64,000 nucleotides of DNA, from NCBI GenBank assembly GCA_963823555.1, contig CAWGMA010000002.1:32001-96000 (forward strand), read 5' to 3'. Every line of letters begins with the position of its first letter. Within the stretch, counting starts at the first letter, position 1. Under the pieces are notes generated by a model. It did not search any database and was not told the DNA's origin. It saw only the letters and a program-made list of their open reading frames with translations. Shown one piece after another: positions 28,116 through 36,792 of this stretch. Both the position numbers and the translations under genes were made by a program. The stretch comes from Candidatus Eiseniibacteriota bacterium (GTDB lineage Bacteria > Eisenbacteria > RBG-16-71-46 > CAVPCR01).

Positions 28116-29302
28116 CGGCGCCGGCGAGCGCCGACCACGACGTCGCGGTGATCGGCTTCGGACCGGCGGGCGGCGCCCTGGCCGTCCAGCTCGGCCGACT
28201 GGGATTCCGCGCCGTGGTCGTGGACGAGCGGCGCATCCCTCACGACAAGCTCTGCGGCGAGTTCCTCTCGACCGAGGCCGTCGCTCGCCTCGCCGAGCTC
28301 GGTCTCTGGGCTTCGATCCGTGCTCGCACCCGACCGCCGACGATCCAGAGTGTGCGCCTGGCGGCTCCCGGGGTCGACCTGTCGCATCCGCTGAGCGAGC
28401 CCGGCATCGGCTTGAGCCGGATGGCGCTCGATGGCGCGCTCCATGACGCCGCGACCGCGGCCGGCGTCGAGATCCGACCGCGCTGGCGGGCGACGCGGTG
28501 CGTCGAATCGGGATCCGGTGGTTTCTCGATCGACGGTATCAAGGAGAGCGGCGAGCGGGATTCGATCCGCGCCCGGATCGTCGTCGGCGCCTATGGCAAG
28601 GGCGCTCGACTGGGAACCGCCGCGGATCGCACTCGCGCCGATGCCGACCGTGCGCGCTACATCGCCTGGAAGGCGCACCATGAAGGCGAGGGGCCTCAGG
28701 CCTCGGTCGAGCTCCATTTCTTCTCGGGCGGTTACTGCGGGGTCGCGCCGATCGAGGCCGGGCTCTACAACGTGTGCGGGATCGCGACGCGAAAGGCCTT
28801 TCTCCGAGCGGGCGGGACCCTGACGGCGCTCGTCGGCGCGGCGTGCGCCGAGAACCCCGCGCTCGCCTCCCGTCTCGCCGGCCTCGAGCGCTCTGCCGCC
28901 GATCTCGCCGCCGCCCACATGTCCTTCCGCCGCCGCCGCCCGGTGGCGGGACGGCTTCTCCTCGCCGGAGACGCCGCGGCCATGATCGCGCCATTGTGCG
29001 GGGATGGCATCGGTATGGCGCTGTCATCGGCGGCCATCGCCTCGTCCTGGGTTGCTGCAGCGCTCTCGGGGCGGATCGGCAACGAGGAGATGCTCGCTGG
29101 TTATGCCGCAAGCTGGCGTCGCGCCTTCAATCGGCCGCTCGCCATCGCGGCCGGGCTCCAGCGCATGCTCCTCGACACGCGGCACGCGACCATCATGCTC
29201 AATCTGGGCCGCGCCTGGCCCCCGCTCGTGGACTGGCTCGTGCGCTCGACGCGCGACACGGTGCTCGCCCGCAACCTCGCCGATCTCGCTGGCGCCGGCT
29301 AG
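28112..29302 (+). CDS. FAD-dependent oxidoreductase (geranylgeranyl reductase/aromatic monooxygenase-like)
   Basis: VIGFGPAGG, KLCGEF, GDAA..IAPLCGDGIGMAL. Confidence 0.9.
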   Translation: MTAPASADHDVAVIGFGPAGGALAVQLGRLGFRAVVVDERRIPHDKLCGEFLSTEAVARLAELGLWASIRARTRPPTIQSVRLAAPGVDLSHPLSEPGIGLSRMALDGALHDAATAAGVEIRPRWRATRCVESGSGGFSIDGIKESGERDSIRARIVVGAYGKGARLGTAADRTRADADRARYIAWKAHHEGEGPQASVELHFFSGGYCGVAPIEAGLYNVCGIATRKAFLRAGGTLTALVGAACAENPALASRLAGLERSAADLAAAHMSFRRRRPVAGRLLLAGDAAAMIAPLCGDGIGMALSSAAIASSWVAAALSGRIGNEEMLAGYAASWRRAFNRPLAIAAGLQRMLLDTRHATIMLNLGRAWPPLVDWLVRSTRDTVLARNLADLAGAG

Positions 29303-29835
29303 CGCCGGCCCGAAGGCCGGCGCCGCGCCGTGAGCGGCTTTCGCTTCGCCTTGGGCTCCGATTCGGGTGCGGTCTGCCGCTTGCTCTTTCCTGTGCCCGC
29401 GCGCTGACGCTGATTCCCGCTCGTACCGGGACGCGGCTTCTTCTCGGCGAGCAGCTGCGAAGCCCGCTGCGGCTCGTCGACACGCAGGTAGAGGGTAGCC
29501 AGCCGCCCCGCTTGCCCGGCGCTACCGTAGGCGTAGTGGATATTGATGTCCTGATCGGCGAGCTGGCGCGCGAGGCGGAGGAGACCCGCGGGACGGTTGG
29601 CCAGCTTCACAGCCACGACATCGGTGCGAGTGACGAGAAAGCCCCGGTCGGCGAGGATATCCACGGCCCGCTCCGCATCCTCGGTCACGATGCGGACGAT
29701 ACCGTGTTCCGTCTCTCCATAAGCCGAGAAGCCCTCGATGTTGATGTTATGGGAGCTGAGCGCGTCACAGAGGCGTGTGAGGACGCCCGGGCGGTTCTCG
29801 ATGACGACCGAGAGCTGAGTCTTGACCCGAATCAT
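29299..29835 (-). CDS. Tandem ACT-domain protein with basic C-terminal tail
   Basis: QLSVVIENRPG.L, NRPAGL, INI.YAY. Confidence 0.85.
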   Translation of the reverse strand: MIRVKTQLSVVIENRPGVLTRLCDALSSHNINIEGFSAYGETEHGIVRIVTEDAERAVDILADRGFLVTRTDVVAVKLANRPAGLLRLARQLADQDINIHYAYGSAGQAGRLATLYLRVDEPQRASQLLAEKKPRPGTSGNQRQRAGTGKSKRQTAPESEPKAKRKPLTARRRPSGRR

Positions 29836-30079
29836 GAATCCCTCCATGAGGAGCGCGCCGGAAGAGCAGGTCCGGATCGATCGCATGCTTCTCATGCGGC
29901 GCTCGCGCTCCGCGGCACGAGGAGCAGTGTACCGCACGCGGGAAGGGTCTGCTCGCCCAGGTGAACGCGTTCGCGGGCGACGGCGATGATTCCCGGTCTG
30001 GCCCGCGCCGCGCGATGCTAGGATGTCCGGAGCGAAGGGAACCGGTGTGTCGCACGTTCCTCCTTGAAGAGAGGTGATC

Positions 30080-30967
30080 ATGCATCGATTCGGCTCTGGC
30101 CCGGGAATGCTGATGGCGACCCTGATCATGGCAGCGGCCGCGGCGTGGGTCGCATCCGGTTGCGGGGGCGGGAAGACCCCGGAGACTGGTTCTTCCGATG
30201 AGGCGGCACCGGCACCTGGCGCCGCGGCATCCTTCGATGCCGCGGGATCCGATCCCCAGGCCATCGCCGTCGCCGATCGCGTGCTCGACGCCATGGGGGG
30301 TGCTGAGGCCTGGGCCGGCACCCGCGCTCTCGTCTTCACCTTCGCCGTGGCCCGCGGCGATACCGAGCTCACCCGCCGCACACACCACTGGGATCGGGCG
30401 CGGGGCTGGCACCGGGTCGAGGGTGTCGATCATGCGCAACGGTCCTTCGTCATCATCCACGATCTCGCCGACTCGACTGCGAGCCTGGCCGTCATCGACG
30501 GTCAGCCGGTCGAGGAGGCTGCCGAACGACGCAGACTGAAAGCGGCCGCCCATGCCATGTGGGTGAACGACACCTACTGGCTCCTCATGCCCTACAAGCT
30601 CAAGGATCCTGGTGTCCACCTCGCCTATGTGGATGTGGAGAGCTTCGACGGTCGCACCATGGACGTGATCCAGGTGAGCTTCGATCAGGTCGGCCTCACC
30701 CCCGGCGATCACTACTGGGCCTATGTGAACCAGGAGACCGGGCTCATGGAGCGCTGGGCCTTCCGTCTGGAGAGCATGCCCCCCGATGCGCCGCCGAAGG
30801 CGTTCCGCTGGATCAACTGGCAACGCTACGGCAAGATCCTGCTCTCGGATGCGAAGACCGCGGTCGAGGGCAATCAGCGCATCTTCTTCCCTGATCTCGC
30901 TGTGTTCGATGAACTGCCGGAGTCGGTGTTCACGTCGACCGCGGCCGTCTCCGTGCCGGCGCTGTAG
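30080..30967 (+). CDS. Putative lipoprotein of unknown function
   Basis: Lipobox VASGC; AMGG.EAW and NDTYWLLMPYKLKDPGV segments look conserved. Confidence 0.75.
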   Translation: MHRFGSGPGMLMATLIMAAAAAWVASGCGGGKTPETGSSDEAAPAPGAAASFDAAGSDPQAIAVADRVLDAMGGAEAWAGTRALVFTFAVARGDTELTRRTHHWDRARGWHRVEGVDHAQRSFVIIHDLADSTASLAVIDGQPVEEAAERRRLKAAAHAMWVNDTYWLLMPYKLKDPGVHLAYVDVESFDGRTMDVIQVSFDQVGLTPGDHYWAYVNQETGLMERWAFRLESMPPDAPPKAFRWINWQRYGKILLSDAKTAVEGNQRIFFPDLAVFDELPESVFTSTAAVSVPAL

Positions 30968-30992
30968 AGACGCGGCAGCGGTCCGCGCGAGC

Positions 30993-31703
30993 TCATGCCG
31001 GCACGGTCTCGATCAGCTCGATCGAGCGCGTGCGCCCGTCCCAGAAGATGGGCAGGTGCCGGATCGCCGTCACGAACCCCCGCTCCGCGAGTGCTGCGAC
31101 GAAGGCGCCGGCGTAGGGGCGTCCGGCGTCGGCCACGATCGCCCGCCCGCCGGGACCGAGAAGGCCGGGGATGAGCGCGGCGAGCGGCGGTACGCTTCGC
31201 GCCTCGTAGAGCACATCGGCGGCGATGACGAGATCGAAGCCGCCGGGCCAGGACGCGTCGCGCCAGTCGAGGCATTGCGTCCGGATCCGGAGGCCGTTGC
31301 GGGCGGCGTTCTCGCGGGCGAAGCGCAACGCCTCCTCCTCGTAGTCGGTGACGAGCACGTCGGCCCCGGCGCGAGCCGCCGCCAGTCCCGCGAGCCCGAC
31401 GCCGGCGCCGAGCTCGATCACCCGGAAGCGGGCGAGGTCGAGGCTGAGAAGATGGCGTCCCAGCGCGACCGAGGCCGGCCAGATGTCGCTCCAGTAGGGG
31501 ATGCGCTCGTCCTTGGCGAACTCCTCCGGGTCGATCGCCGCCATGATCGCCGTCGGGTCCGCCGGGTGCATGATGTCGAGGCACACGGACCCGAGCGCGA
31601 CCCGCCGGAGCCGAGCCGTCCCCCGAGGAGTAGGGGGGTGGGCGGCAGCGCCGGCGGCGTCCGGATCCAGCGGGGGGAGATGGGTATTCGACGGTTCGTT
31701 CAT
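30993..31703 (-). CDS. SAM-dependent methyltransferase (Methyltransf_16 / protein-lysine MTase-like)
   Basis: PYWSDIWPAS, ELGAGVGL.G, TDY, LDW, ADVLYE. Confidence 0.88.
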   Translation of the reverse strand: MNEPSNTHLPPLDPDAAGAAAHPPTPRGTARLRRVALGSVCLDIMHPADPTAIMAAIDPEEFAKDERIPYWSDIWPASVALGRHLLSLDLARFRVIELGAGVGLAGLAAARAGADVLVTDYEEEALRFARENAARNGLRIRTQCLDWRDASWPGGFDLVIAADVLYEARSVPPLAALIPGLLGPGGRAIVADAGRPYAGAFVAALAERGFVTAIRHLPIFWDGRTRSIELIETVPA

Positions 31704-31733
31704 GGCAGCATCGGAGAGGCCGGCAAGGCGACC

Positions 31734-34334
31734 ATGATACAGTCTTCTCGATTGACCATGAATGCCGCGCCACGTCCGGGTCGTCCCGGATTCATTCCGC
31801 CGCTTCCGGCGATGGCTCTCCTCCTGGCCGCTGTCGGCTGGCCGGCGCTGTGCGGGGCCGGATGGCTGGCGCTGCTGGCGGCCGGTCTGCCCGTTCCAGC
31901 CGCCGCCGAGATCGACTTCCCCCGTGCCCGCCACGATTTTGTCTCCGGGCGAGCGACCTATGATCTTACCGCCATCGACTTCGATGAGGATGGCGATCTG
32001 GATCTGGCGTGCATCCGCTTCACCCTTCCCGGCGCGGTCACCCTGCTCGAGAATGACGGCAGGGGTCGCTTCTCCTTCTTCACCGAGTTCACCACCGGGG
32101 ATGTCGGCACCTCGATCCTGGCCGGCGACATCGACGAGGATGGACATGCCGATCTGGTCTCGACCGGCTGGCTCCAGGGCGAGACGGGAACGATCGGCCT
32201 CCACCGCGGCGACGGGCAAGGCGGATTCACGACCACCTTTCTCCCCTTTCCCGGCGCCAATCCCTTCCGCGTGAACGGCGCCGATCTCGACGGTGACGGC
32301 CATCTCGATCTCGTCGCCGGCGGCAGCGGGGATGGCTTCGTCCGCGTGCTCAAGGGCGATGGCAACGGGCAGTTCACGCTCTCGCGCACGCTCCCGGGAG
32401 GCGCCGTACCGATCTATGTCGCGATCGGCGATATCGACGCCGACGGCGATCGCGATCTCGCCGTGGCCGATCAGGATGGCGAGGTCCTCGTCTATCTCGG
32501 CGATGGGACCGGCGACTTCGCCCCGGCCGTCATCCTCGAGGTCGCGGCGTCCCCGCGCTGGATCGATATCCGCACCATGGGCGATCCCGATCGCCCCTAC
32601 CTGGCGGTGGCCCAGTGGAACACGGCCGAGGGCGAGGACGGAGTGGATGTCTTCCGCTGGGATCCCGGGCCCGGCGCGCTCGCTCTCGTGAGCCGGCTCG
32701 ACACGCCCGGAGATCCCAACTCGGTGGCCTTCGTCGAGCCTGTCTTCTTCCATGATGTCGCCCGCTCGGGTGAGCGCCTGCCCGGGCTCGCGGTCGCCTG
32801 CCAGGGCTCTTCCGAGCTCTGGCTCTATCGCTCCATACCCTACGAGCCGCTGGTCCTCGTGACGCAGGAATGGCCGACCGCGGTGCGCATCGCCGACTGG
32901 ACCGGGGACGGCATCCCGGACTTCGCGCTCCCGGGCTGGAACACGGAGTCCTTGAGCCTGTTCGCGGGCTCGGGAGCGCTCGCCGACCACGCGCCGGCGA
33001 TCGACGTGAGCGGCGATCCCCTCCACGTGCGCGCGATCGACATGGATGGGAACCCCCGCCCCGACCTCGCCATCTTGCGCCGTAGCGCGAGTCGCTTGAC
33101 CGTGCTCCTCGGCGGTCCGCTCGTGCTCGGAGTTCCGACCTTCACCGAGATGGATATCGGCGATCCCTTCCCCGACATACCCAATGGCCTTGCTGTCTTC
33201 GATGCCGGCGACGACGGGGCCCCGGACTTCGCCGTGGGCCGGGCGGTCGGGAGCCAGTTCTGGGTGCTGCGCTCGAGCACGGGCTATGCCCGCGAGGAGA
33301 TCGCGATGACCGGGGCTGTGCCCGCCGCCATCGAGGCCGCTGATCTCGATGGCGACACCCATGACGACCTGGCGGTCGCCCTCTACATGACCGACAACCT
33401 CTCCGTGCATTTTGGCAGCGGCAGCGGGTTCGAGACGCCGATCACCGTCGTGGCCGGCGATGCACCGATCGCGCTCGCCGTCGCCGATCTCGACGGCAAT
33501 GGGCTCTCGGATCTGGTGACGGCGAACGATCTCGGCGGCTCGATCGCACTGGCGCTGCAGGAGCCCGCACGAGTCTTCTCTCCGCAGCCCGAGGCGCCGA
33601 TCCAGGTCGGGCGGCCCGGCGGGATCGCCGCCGGCCATCTCGATGACGATGACTTCCCGGATGTGGTGATCGCCGGCATCCTGGGCATCGAGATCCTGGC
33701 CGGCGACGGCGCGGGCGGGATCGAGTCGGTGGACTTCATTTCTACCGCGGCCGAGTTCGGAACGCTGCGCCTCGCCGACCTCGATGGCGACGGGGCCGCC
33801 GAGATCGTGGCCGCGGACCTGCTCGGAGATGCGATGGTCGTCTTTGCCCGTTCGCCGGCGGGCGAGTGGAGGGAGTCGATCGGGTATCCGCCGCTCAGCT
33901 TCGGCGTCGATCGCAATCCGGTCGACTTCGCCGTCATCGATCTCGACACCGATGCCCGTCCCGATCTCGCCGTGGTTGGGCGCAGCGCCAACCGGCTCAC
34001 CATGCTTCTGACGGGCGGCATCCCGGCTCCGGCCCGGGATGGCGAGCGCTCCGGAACTCCCCCATCACTCCAGGTCGAGTGGAGCCCGAATCCCTTCACG
34101 GAGGAGACGGGGTGGCGCGTCGACCTCGCCGCGCCGGCTCCCGTCATCCTCCGTTTGTTCGATGCTGCGGGGCGCCGCGTGGCCACGCCGTTCACGGGAC
34201 TTCTACCGGCGGGGCCGCAGGTGCTCACCTTCGACGGGCGCGACGACGAGGGCCGCATGCTGCCGCGCGGGGTCTATTTCTATCGCCTGGAAGCGGGTGA
34301 TCAGCGCGCGCGCGGCAAGCTCGTCCGGCACTGA
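31734..34334 (+). CDS. Secreted FG-GAP/VCBS repeat protein with C-terminal FlgD-Ig-like domain
   Basis: More than 10 D(L/F/I)DGDGxxD-type repeats; C-terminal SPNPF...FDAAGRRV...FDGRD...GVYFYRL; start may be 31758. Confidence 0.85.
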   Translation: MIQSSRLTMNAAPRPGRPGFIPPLPAMALLLAAVGWPALCGAGWLALLAAGLPVPAAAEIDFPRARHDFVSGRATYDLTAIDFDEDGDLDLACIRFTLPGAVTLLENDGRGRFSFFTEFTTGDVGTSILAGDIDEDGHADLVSTGWLQGETGTIGLHRGDGQGGFTTTFLPFPGANPFRVNGADLDGDGHLDLVAGGSGDGFVRVLKGDGNGQFTLSRTLPGGAVPIYVAIGDIDADGDRDLAVADQDGEVLVYLGDGTGDFAPAVILEVAASPRWIDIRTMGDPDRPYLAVAQWNTAEGEDGVDVFRWDPGPGALALVSRLDTPGDPNSVAFVEPVFFHDVARSGERLPGLAVACQGSSELWLYRSIPYEPLVLVTQEWPTAVRIADWTGDGIPDFALPGWNTESLSLFAGSGALADHAPAIDVSGDPLHVRAIDMDGNPRPDLAILRRSASRLTVLLGGPLVLGVPTFTEMDIGDPFPDIPNGLAVFDAGDDGAPDFAVGRAVGSQFWVLRSSTGYAREEIAMTGAVPAAIEAADLDGDTHDDLAVALYMTDNLSVHFGSGSGFETPITVVAGDAPIALAVADLDGNGLSDLVTANDLGGSIALALQEPARVFSPQPEAPIQVGRPGGIAAGHLDDDDFPDVVIAGILGIEILAGDGAGGIESVDFISTAAEFGTLRLADLDGDGAAEIVAADLLGDAMVVFARSPAGEWRESIGYPPLSFGVDRNPVDFAVIDLDTDARPDLAVVGRSANRLTMLLTGGIPAPARDGERSGTPPSLQVEWSPNPFTEETGWRVDLAAPAPVILRLFDAAGRRVATPFTGLLPAGPQVLTFDGRDDEGRMLPRGVYFYRLEAGDQRARGKLVRH

Positions 34335-34341
34335 CGTCGCG

Positions 34342-34950
34342 CTAGCTGGAGAAGGGATGCGCTACATCCCGCTCCAGCGCCTCGCTGCTCGATGGTGCAG
34401 GAGCCGTCCTCTCCTCGGCCGGAGGCGCCAGCTCGACCGGCCACATGAGATCGCGGAAGAAGGGACTCGCCTGCGGGATCTGGCCGCTCACGATGACGGC
34501 GTTCTCTGCCACCCAGCGCAGATCCGGCAGGAGGGTGGCGGCGCTTGCCGGGGGGAAGGCGATCAGGTACGAGCTGCCGAAGGCGATCACGCCACCCGCC
34601 CCGAGGAGATGGGCGATCTGTGCCAGGCGAATCTCGGGGTTGGCCGGGGCGGCCAGGCCCGGGGCGGCCAGGAGACGCGGGATCGGGATCTGGTCGGTGT
34701 TCCGGGACGGCGGGACCGCGTTCGCGAAATGACGTCCGGCCCCGTCGACGACCGATAGCGTGTCGCCACGAGCGGTGAGCGTGTAGGGCGGGTTGAGCTC
34801 GTTCCCGTGGGCGATGATGAGTCCGCCGGGGACGGTCACCGAGTGTGGCAGGCTCGCCTCGGCTCCCTCGACAGGATGGGCCGTCGCCCCTCCCCCGAGG
34901 AGGATGAGAGCCAGCGTCATCAGGGCCAACGTCGAAGTCCGTGCAGACAT
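34342..34950 (-). CDS. Secreted hypothetical protein
   Basis: SD GGAGG; signal peptide; no recognisable domain. Confidence 0.55.
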   Translation of the reverse strand: MSARTSTLALMTLALILLGGGATAHPVEGAEASLPHSVTVPGGLIIAHGNELNPPYTLTARGDTLSVVDGAGRHFANAVPPSRNTDQIPIPRLLAAPGLAAPANPEIRLAQIAHLLGAGGVIAFGSSYLIAFPPASAATLLPDLRWVAENAVIVSGQIPQASPFFRDLMWPVELAPPAEERTAPAPSSSEALERDVAHPFSS

Positions 34951-35349
34951 GCTCAGCCTCCAGATTTCGCGCGCCGATCGAGCGATGAACGCTCGGCGCC
35001 GAGTCAGGCGATGCAAGGAGCGCGCCGCCGCCCGCGGGGACGTATGGGCTGCAACCTGCAGTGATGGTGCGTGCTTTTCCACAACACGCGTCGAATGCAG
35101 AACGGGTTGACGCCGCCACGACAGCTCGGCAGGGGGGGAGATGTCGGCCCATCATGGTGTCTGCGGATCACCCTGCGGCGGATGACGCAGGCGGCGGGGC
35201 AGATGGCGCTGCACTTCACTTCGGCCTGTGTTAGTCTCCAACCGGGTAGCGTCGTTCGCGGGGATTTCGAGGCGCTACGGGGGCATTGCCTCCTTCTCAG
35301 TCCATGCCGTGATGGTGCACGGACAGCCCGTCTGGGAGGTTAAGGAGTC

Positions 35350-35970
35350 ATGCGCATAACGTCGTTTCTCTATGTTGCCATCGCAGTCTGCACCTTGACC
35401 GGACTCGGCTGCGGCAAGGGGCCGGCCGAAGAGGCCCTCAAGGCTGCGGATGAGGCCATCGCGGCTGCTCAGTCCGAGGTCGAGAAGTATGTGCCGGAGC
35501 AGTTCCGCCTGCTCACCGAGGCTGCAGACGCCGCCCACGCTGACTTCGATGCCGGCAACTATCGGTCCGCGCAGAATCAGGCCAAGGCGATTCTGGACCG
35601 TGTCGAGGAGGTCAAGGGGGCGGCGGAGACCCGAAAGGGCGAGCTCACCATCGTCTGGAGCCAGATGAGCACGATGATTCCGCAGATGATGACGGCCCTC
35701 ACCGGCAAGGTGAACGAGATCACCGCGTCGAAGAAGATGCCGGCGGGAATGACGAAAGAGGAGTTCGAGGCGGCCAAGACGGAGATGTCCGATCTGGTCA
35801 AGCTGTGGGGTGATGCGCAGACTGCACATCAGAACGGGCAGATCGCCGATGCCGTCGATTGGGCCGCCCAGGTCGGCAACCGGGGAGAGGCCTTGCTGAA
35901 CCGGTTCGGCGTTCCGACCACCGCTGCGGCGCAGAGCGCGACGCCCCCGGCTGCGGGCGGCACGCCGTAA
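35350..35970 (+). CDS. Helical lipoprotein (DUF4398-like N-terminus)
   Basis: SD AAGGAG; lipobox GLGC; A..YVPE..F motif; codon usage typical of the window. Confidence 0.75.
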   Translation: MRITSFLYVAIAVCTLTGLGCGKGPAEEALKAADEAIAAAQSEVEKYVPEQFRLLTEAADAAHADFDAGNYRSAQNQAKAILDRVEEVKGAAETRKGELTIVWSQMSTMIPQMMTALTGKVNEITASKKMPAGMTKEEFEAAKTEMSDLVKLWGDAQTAHQNGQIADAVDWAAQVGNRGEALLNRFGVPTTAAAQSATPPAAGGTP

Positions 35971-36000
35971 CGCGCGACCCGGAGTGGCCGTCAGGACGTG

Positions 36001-36033
36001 AGGGGCCCCTGAGTCATCGGGGGCCCCTGTTTC
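36001..36033 (+). terminator. GC-rich hairpin, candidate intrinsic terminator
   Basis: aggggcccc...ggggcccct followed by gtttc, about 30 nt after the stop at 35970. Confidence 0.5.
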
Positions 36034-36197
36034 ATGCCGGTCATCCGGTCATCCGGGCCGCCTTGACATGGCCCCGGTCCGGCGCGACCATTGAGATACC
36101 CATCCAAAGAGGGCTCTCTGGGCGCTCGTTGTCGCGCGATCGATGGCGCCAGCTCGAGATGTGCGCAAGGGGCACGGGCGCTCGCGGAGGTGGTGCC

Positions 36198-36770
36198 ATG
36201 CGGTGGCAAACCATCGGCGTTGCGGCGCCCGTCGCGATCGGCCTGCTCCTCCTGTCTTGCATTCCCGCCCATGGCCAGACCGAGACGGCCGAACCCAACC
36301 TCAATTTCGAGATCGATGTCGCTCCTCAGGACGAGAAGCCGGACGGATGGGTCGTTCTCGTCAAGAACGGAGCTGCATTCGAGTACAAGCGCGGGAGCGC
36401 CGCTTCCGGTCGCTGGTGTGTCGTGCTCAAGAACGCGAAGCCCGAGCAGACATCAGGTGTCGGGATCGCCCTGGGTCCGTTGATCAAGCCCAATTCGTGG
36501 TACAAGATCAACTACTGGGTGCTGGTCAGGGGGGATTCCGTGCGCTGCGGCTGGCGTCTCGGGACTTCCGACCTGACCGAGCTGAGCGGCGATCTGGGAG
36601 CCATGGAGGCGCCGACCAAGGGAGATGGCAAGTGGCATCTCCGGCAGAGTCCCGCCTTCAAGGTCACTCAGGCGCAGGTCGAGCGCTATCCGCTGCTCGC
36701 TTTCTGCCTCGACGGCCCGGGGAGCGTCGATCTCGACGACATCCGCATCGTGCGCAGCGCCCCGGACTAG
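36198..36770 (+). CDS. Secreted hypothetical protein (possible carbohydrate-binding beta-sandwich)
   Basis: SD GGAGG; signal peptide; NLNFE...W...G.V.LDDIRI resembles CBM-like modules. Confidence 0.6.
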   Translation: MRWQTIGVAAPVAIGLLLLSCIPAHGQTETAEPNLNFEIDVAPQDEKPDGWVVLVKNGAAFEYKRGSAASGRWCVVLKNAKPEQTSGVGIALGPLIKPNSWYKINYWVLVRGDSVRCGWRLGTSDLTELSGDLGAMEAPTKGDGKWHLRQSPAFKVTQAQVERYPLLAFCLDGPGSVDLDDIRIVRSAPD

Positions 36771-36792
36771 GCGTCGCGATCTGGAGCCGGTC

